A stretch of 64,000 nt of DNA from an uncultured Gammaproteobacteria bacterium (lineage in GTDB: Bacteria > Patescibacteriota > Microgenomatia > UBA10105 > UBA927): contig CAZVTT010000001.1 in assembly GCA_964629685.1 (NCBI GenBank), positions 641,319 to 705,318 of the forward strand. The letters are read 5' to 3'. This document shows, piece after piece, positions 59,213 to 64,000 of the stretch. Under the pieces are notes generated by a model. The model worked only from the letters and a program-made list of their open reading frames with translations. It was not told the origin of the DNA and searched no databases. The position numbers and the translations under genes are program-made. Position 1 is the first letter of the stretch. Each line of letters opens with the position of its first letter.

Positions 59213-59919
59213 AAAATTTACATGGTAAAGTCGCGCTCGTAACCGGAGCTACCAGCGGGATTGGGGAAGCCATTGCCCGGGCGTTTTGTGCGGCAGGTGC
59301 AACGGTACTGCTGGTTGGGCGAAATCAATCGAAATTAAAACAGATGGAGCAGGATTTAGGTCCGTCTGCACACGGATTAATGGTAGATTTATCGGAAGCC
59401 AAGCAGCTTACTAACATGGCAGATACCGTAAGTAAACAGTTTCCGACCATGGATTTGCTGGTGCACGCAGCCGGCATTTTTGCTGTAGGGGAACATTTAA
59501 ATCCTGAACAGGTAGATTTTATTTTTGAAGTAAATTATGCCACTCCGGTAAATTTAACTACGGCATTATTACCCAAATTACGTGCGTCGCGGGGAGAAGT
59601 AGTGTTTATAAATTCCAGTGCGGCACGGGATACGGAATCCAAAGATCCGTATGTGCAAAGCAAAGTGAAACTAAAAGAGTATGCCGATACGCTGCGGCGT
59701 GCCGAAAACGAGCAGGGAATCCGGGTGTTATCCGTCTATCCCGGACGAACGGCTACTCCCATGCAGGAACAAATTTTCAGAAGTGAAGGCAAAACATATT
59801 TGGCCGAACATTTGTTACAACCCTCAGATATAGCCGAAACGGTACTGTCTGCGGTTCTGTTACCGCGGACGGCAGAAATTACCGACATCCACATCCGTCC
59901 GTTTAAAAAGTCCGCATAG
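59209..59919 (+). CDS. SDR family oxidoreductase (candidate NDP-4-ketohexose reductase)
   Basis: TGATSGIGEAIA (the TGxxxGxG motif), NSSA...YxxxK (YVQSK) are present. Confidence 0.8.
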   Translation: MKNLHGKVALVTGATSGIGEAIARAFCAAGATVLLVGRNQSKLKQMEQDLGPSAHGLMVDLSEAKQLTNMADTVSKQFPTMDLLVHAAGIFAVGEHLNPEQVDFIFEVNYATPVNLTTALLPKLRASRGEVVFINSSAARDTESKDPYVQSKVKLKEYADTLRRAENEQGIRVLSVYPGRTATPMQEQIFRSEGKTYLAEHLLQPSDIAETVLSAVLLPRTAEITDIHIRPFKKSA

Positions 59920-60023
59920 TCAAACCCATAAAATTGCCGGATAAACAAAAAATCGTACGAGAAGTCTGGGTATAGCGGTTTTCGTATTTTGTTTTATATT
60001 GTTCGGACAAGCTGATTCTGAGC

Positions 60024-60052
60024 TTGACATGGTGGGAAATGTAATATACTAT
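60024..60052 (+). promoter_or_regulatory. Sigma70-type promoter for the PEF-CTERM protein gene
   Basis: A TTGACA -35 element, a 17-nt spacer and a TACTAT -10 element. A perfect aaggag SD sits 8 nt before ATG 60104. Confidence 0.45.
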
Positions 60053-60103
60053 ACCCATACCTGACCCCCGTAATAGCTTATAGTACCCTAAAAGGAGTAC
60101 CCA

Positions 60104-60733
60104 ATGAAAACAGTATCAGCCATTCTCGCAGTAACAGTAGCCACATTAGCATTTGCCGCACCAGCTTACGCCGCAGCTCCCGATGGGGCAGGTCCATGGG
60201 CAGATGAAGCAGTTTCCAGCGCACAGGGACTCCGCAAAGACGGTTCGCCCGTACTACCTATCCGCAGCAATCCATCGTCTGCCGTAGGAGTAGCGGAAAA
60301 CAATACCGTTCCGGGAAATTTTTATTCCCTGGGATTCGGCGGAAATATCGTATTGCGATTTGATAACCCAATTAGTAACGGAGTGGTAGTGGTAGAAGCT
60401 ACCAACTTGCCATATCCGACCGAAACGGCAACCGTAGAACTTTCCGCAGACGGATCTACCTGGCTTACCGCCGGATCAGTTTCTTCTGACGGAGAAGTGA
60501 AAATGCCGGAAAGACTAACCTGTGCACGTTTTGCCCGGGTAACGGATACCAGCAACCCGGCAGGTTTCCCGGAAGATGCAGACGGATATGATCTAGACGG
60601 TGTACGCGCAGCGGAAGGAATTCCCTGTGACACCCCGGACGTACCTGAATTCGGTACCATTACCGGTGCCATGGCAGCACTTATGTCCGGCGGAGTATTC
60701 CTCGGACTGAAGAAAAAACTAGGAATGGTTTAA
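60104..60733 (+). CDS. Secreted protein with a PEF-CTERM-like C-terminal sorting signal (putative exosortase/archaeosortase substrate)
   Basis: The signal peptide is MKTVSAILAVTVATLAFAAPAYA. The C-terminus is ...VPEFGTITGAMAALMSGGVFLGLKKKLGMV: a PEF tripeptide, a TM helix and a Lys cluster. Confidence 0.55.
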   Translation: MKTVSAILAVTVATLAFAAPAYAAAPDGAGPWADEAVSSAQGLRKDGSPVLPIRSNPSSAVGVAENNTVPGNFYSLGFGGNIVLRFDNPISNGVVVVEATNLPYPTETATVELSADGSTWLTAGSVSSDGEVKMPERLTCARFARVTDTSNPAGFPEDADGYDLDGVRAAEGIPCDTPDVPEFGTITGAMAALMSGGVFLGLKKKLGMV

Positions 60734-60760
60734 TACTTCCTACTTACATTTGAAACGACA

Positions 60761-60786
60761 GAGGCGGGCTAAACCCCGCCTCTTTT
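60761..60786 (+). terminator. Rho-independent terminator after the PEF-CTERM gene
   Basis: An 8-bp GC-rich stem gaggcggg / cccgcctc with the loop ctaaac, followed by TTTT. Confidence 0.6.
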
Positions 60787-60794
60787 GGTATAAT
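60786..60794 (+). promoter_or_regulatory. Extended -10 promoter element (TGgTATAAT) upstream of the exosortase-family gene
   Basis: TGGTATAAT immediately follows the terminator T-tract, 53 nt upstream of ATG 60847. Confidence 0.4.
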
Positions 60795-60846
60795 ACAGAT
60801 ATCCCGTTCTGACGATCTGATCCTGTAGTGTTATATTCGTCGTTTT

Positions 60847-61791
60847 ATGAAACAGATACAGAAATTACTCGAGAGTGATAGCAATAAATTCCTGCTGCGG
60901 TTGGGGATATTTGCCGCGCTATTTATTCTGGTAACCGGATTAGTGGGGCCGTGGGTGGTATACAGCAAGCTCCTGTATGGATTCCATTTTTTTATATACG
61001 GGAACATGGGGAAGCTGGTGTTATTCTCCGTAATCGTGTTTTTACTTCTTACTAGAGGAAAACTGCAGGACATTAAACTGGAAAAATATCAGAAGGTAAA
61101 TGTACTCTTTATCCTGGCATCGTTTGCATTAATACCGGTATTCTTCCGGCTGGGGAGTATATTGTTACAACAGTCATCGTTTACGGCCAATCTCCCGTTA
61201 AGCGTGCTAACCCATGTCACGTTACTCCTTATTACGATACTGCTGGTTCCCGGAGTATTCGGAATCAAATTCGTAAAGTATTTCCTGTCGGAGTTTAAAA
61301 AAGAAATAGGTGTATGCCTTGGATTATCTATCGGATTTTATTTCGCCATATTCAAAGTGTGGAATCTGTGGCCGTATTTAAGTGATATGGTGCTCGCAGC
61401 GGTAAAATGGTTGTTTTCACTTACATTTCCCATAGTGCGTACGGGCGTAAACAGACGCATCCTGGTACAGGATTTTGCCGTAACCATAGATCAGGCCTGT
61501 TCCGGAATAGAATCTATATTCTTATTTTCTTCACTGTATTTGTTAATTGCACTATTGGATTGGAAGAAGTTAAATAAAACCAAATTATTCCTGTTATTCT
61601 TCCCGGCTTTGGCGGGATTATTTTTGGTCAACATACTACGGGTATACATCTTAATTCTGATTGGAGTAGTAATTTCACCGCAGTTGGCATTACAACTCTT
61701 CCACACCTATGCCGGCCTGGTGCTATTTGTAGTTTATTTTTTCTTGTTTTGGAAAGTGTTCTATAAAAATTTAATAATTAGAAAAATTTGA
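60847..61791 (+). CDS. Exosortase/archaeosortase family transmembrane transpeptidase
   Basis: A 314-aa protein with about 7-8 TM helices. A conserved Cys motif is present (AVTIDQACSGIESIF). An Asn/Arg motif sits in a later helix (LVNILRVYIL). Both resemble exosortase-family hallmarks. Confidence 0.6.
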   Translation: MKQIQKLLESDSNKFLLRLGIFAALFILVTGLVGPWVVYSKLLYGFHFFIYGNMGKLVLFSVIVFLLLTRGKLQDIKLEKYQKVNVLFILASFALIPVFFRLGSILLQQSSFTANLPLSVLTHVTLLLITILLVPGVFGIKFVKYFLSEFKKEIGVCLGLSIGFYFAIFKVWNLWPYLSDMVLAAVKWLFSLTFPIVRTGVNRRILVQDFAVTIDQACSGIESIFLFSSLYLLIALLDWKKLNKTKLFLLFFPALAGLFLVNILRVYILILIGVVISPQLALQLFHTYAGLVLFVVYFFLFWKVFYKNLIIRKI

Positions 61792-61821
61792 TAATTGTGT
61801 ATATTGGAAAATGTTTCTAGT

Positions 61822-63087
61822 ATGAAGCTATCTAAGGTACTATCGTTTGGAAAGAAGCAAATTCTTTTATTTAAGAATGATGTTCTCTACAGAAATGCAT
61901 TGTGGTTAATGCTCGGTACAGTCGTAATGTCTGGAGTTGGTTTTGTCTTTTGGGTTATTGCTGCCAGGCTTTACAAACCTGAAACAATTGGCTTGTTCAT
62001 TACATATGTATCGTCGTTAATACTCTTGTCGAACTTTTCGTTGTTGGGATTTAATACAACTATTAATCGGTATTTATCTAATTCAAAAAATAAACAGAAT
62101 TTCATTAATACTACATTATTCGTATCGGCATCTGCGTCTTTTTTTATTGGATTAATATATGTATTAGGGATCAAAGTATGGGCAGATAAAATAAGTTTTG
62201 TTAAATCAGACATCTTATCTCTACTTATATTCCTTTCGTATGTCGCTATTAATACTATTAATTTAATTACGACTAATATTTTCATAGCAATGAGAGATGC
62301 AAAATTCGTATTTTTGCTGAATTCATCCCAGAGTATTGTTAAATTATTGCTGCTTATTTTATTATTTTCGCTCGGCCTTTATGGATTAATTGGTTCTTAC
62401 TACATTGCTACATTGGTAACTGTAATTATTGGATTTTTCGTTATCTACTCGAAATATAAAGTTAGAATACTATTCACTATAGATTCTGTGGTTATAAAGC
62501 AAGTGTTTAGATATTCGTTTATAAACTATGTTGTTAGTTTTGTTGGGGCGTTTCCTGAGTATATATTGCCAATCCTTGTAACAAGTAAAATTTCACCTGA
62601 AACAACTGCATTCTTTTATATGCCGAATATGATAGTAAGTTTTCTATCTGTGATACCTTCATCTGTTGCTAAATCATATTTTTCTGAAAGTTCACATGCA
62701 AATAAACCAGTTTCCTTGAAACGGCCTATGGCTCTAAGCTATTGTATTCTGGTTCCAATTGTCACAGTGTTTTTTTTGTTTGGTGAGTATATTCTTCGGA
62801 TTTTCGGAAAATCATACGCGCAGTCCGGATATATATATTTAGTTCTTATTCTTATCGGAGCTCTTGTATCCGTTCCTGGATACTTTTTGGGATTTAGACT
62901 TCTAGTAAAACATAGCATGCGAAAGTTAGCATTATTTACAGTAATCGGAGCATTGACTAACTTAATTCTTTACGTCTGGCTAGTAAATTATGGAATTGTA
63001 GGAATTGGTTTAGCTATAGTATTTGGTTATATTCAAGGTTCTACTCTGTATACTCTCGACTACTTGTTCAATAGCGATAGAGGATAA
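61822..63087 (+). CDS. Polysaccharide biosynthesis protein / Wzx-type flippase (MOP superfamily)
   Basis: A 12-TM protein with a Wzx-like N-terminus (MKLSKVLSFGKKQILLFKNDVLYRNALWLMLGTV). The region is AT-rich. Confidence 0.7.
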   Translation: MKLSKVLSFGKKQILLFKNDVLYRNALWLMLGTVVMSGVGFVFWVIAARLYKPETIGLFITYVSSLILLSNFSLLGFNTTINRYLSNSKNKQNFINTTLFVSASASFFIGLIYVLGIKVWADKISFVKSDILSLLIFLSYVAINTINLITTNIFIAMRDAKFVFLLNSSQSIVKLLLLILLFSLGLYGLIGSYYIATLVTVIIGFFVIYSKYKVRILFTIDSVVIKQVFRYSFINYVVSFVGAFPEYILPILVTSKISPETTAFFYMPNMIVSFLSVIPSSVAKSYFSESSHANKPVSLKRPMALSYCILVPIVTVFFLFGEYILRIFGKSYAQSGYIYLVLILIGALVSVPGYFLGFRLLVKHSMRKLALFTVIGALTNLILYVWLVNYGIVGIGLAIVFGYIQGSTLYTLDYLFNSDRG

Positions 63088-63092
63088 TCTTT

Positions 63093-64000
63093 ATGAAAGT
63101 CTGTATTATTAATGGTATATATGCTCAAACGAATGATGGAATAGGAAGATATTCCAAAAATCTAAAATTGAGTCTTCTTAGCGGTAAAAATGTTAATATT
63201 ATTGAAGTACCAAATCAGAAACAGGTAATCTTAAAAGCTGGTAAAGTTGTGGGAATAGGTAAATATATACCTAGCAACATAAAGCGTATTACTAACAATA
63301 TTCTCCTTGAAAAAAACTACCTCAATCGTTTTATTAATAATAGATATCACTTATGCGAACAAGTAAAAGAAATTCAGGCAGATATTTACCATGCTATTTC
63401 ACCTTCGGAAGCACCTGCTGCAGTACTTACAGGAAAAAAACCATTTGTAACCACGGTACACGATATAATTCCACTTATTAATCCTCCTAGGTTTTTACTA
63501 GAGAAGTTTTATTTTAACGAATATATGAAGATGGCATTAAAATCAAACATGATAATTTCAGATTCCAAGTCTACAAGAAATGATTTGATATCATTTTTAC
63601 CTGTAGATCAATCAAAAATCGCTATTGTATATCCAAGTATTGAAGAGACATACATCCCTTTGAAAGAAAAAAGGCCAAATAAATTTTTTACTTTTATATT
63701 TGTTGGCGGATTAACAAAACGAAAAGGAATATATGAAACGGTAAAAGCATTTAGAGAATTGTACAACATAAATCAGAATATACGGTTGCGAATTATAGGA
63801 GAGGGTGAAGAGGTTCATAATATCGTTAGACTTATTAATCGGATGGGAATAGAAAATAGTGTAAGTGTGGAAGGGTTTCTAAGCGAAAATGCGTTGATAA
63901 AGGCGTACCAAGAATCAGACGCACTTGTATATCCCTCAAAGTATGAAGGTTTCGGATATACACCATTGGAAGCAATGTCATGTGGATTACCAGTAATAAC
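63093..64000 (+). CDS. Glycosyltransferase family 1 (GT4-like), 5' part; continues beyond the window
   Basis: An agagga RBS is present. The frame is open to the window end. The C-terminal GT-B motif EGFGYTPLEAMSCGLPVI is present. Confidence 0.7.
   Translation, partial: MKVCIINGIYAQTNDGIGRYSKNLKLSLLSGKNVNIIEVPNQKQVILKAGKVVGIGKYIPSNIKRITNNILLEKNYLNRFINNRYHLCEQVKEIQADIYHAISPSEAPAAVLTGKKPFVTTVHDIIPLINPPRFLLEKFYFNEYMKMALKSNMIISDSKSTRNDLISFLPVDQSKIAIVYPSIEETYIPLKEKRPNKFFTFIFVGGLTKRKGIYETVKAFRELYNINQNIRLRIIGEGEEVHNIVRLINRMGIENSVSVEGFLSENALIKAYQESDALVYPSKYEGFGYTPLEAMSCGLPVI

Noticed and set aside
60733-60847. Possibility that the PEF-CTERM protein and the exosortase gene form one operon without a terminator
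   Set aside because: A clear GC stem with a T4 terminator lies between them, followed by a separate extended -10 element. The genes are linked but probably differentially expressed.
1-64000. Possibility of UGA recoding (genetic code 25 of some CPR lineages)
   Set aside because: Several well-defined genes end at TGA (for example ftsX at 44411-44413). A full RF2 with the SPF motif is encoded. ORF lengths are normal under the standard code.

Overview
Standard-code bacterial chromosome segment, roughly 45% GC, with an AT-rich 3' end (61.8-64 kb). It is gene-dense and operon-rich (ruvCAB, ftsEX-envC-like, tsaE/tsaC/tsaB-like, xfp-ackA, macAB-like). TGA is used as a stop codon and an RF2 gene is present, so this is not an alternative-code lineage. 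It is possibly an uncultivated or CPR-like fermentative bacterium (phosphoketolase plus acetate kinase), but that cannot be confirmed from sequence alone. No rRNA, tRNA or CRISPR was recognised. Four loci stand out. (i) 0.4-8.6 kb: a split RHS/Tc-toxin-like module. A small signal-peptide RHS-core protein carries a C-terminal HNH/AHH-like toxin domain, followed by a putative immunity gene and a 2159-aa SpvB/FG-GAP/YD-repeat giant whose C-terminus is an array of lectin-like modules rather than a toxin. (ii) 36.1-38.6 kb: an NRAMP-family transporter with NRMT-like (Mg2+-type) substitutions, co-operonic with a stand-alone MgtE-N/CBS cytosolic sensor domain. (iii) 38.7-41.1 kb: a membrane-anchored double-AAA Clp-like ATPase. 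(iv) 52.3-64 kb: a CDP-sugar (C-methyl deoxyhexose) glycan locus that contains a strongly expressed PEF-CTERM-type secreted protein next to an exosortase/archaeosortase-family gene, followed by an AT-rich wzx/GT1 cassette. A CIRCE heat-shock operator lies upstream of hsp20.
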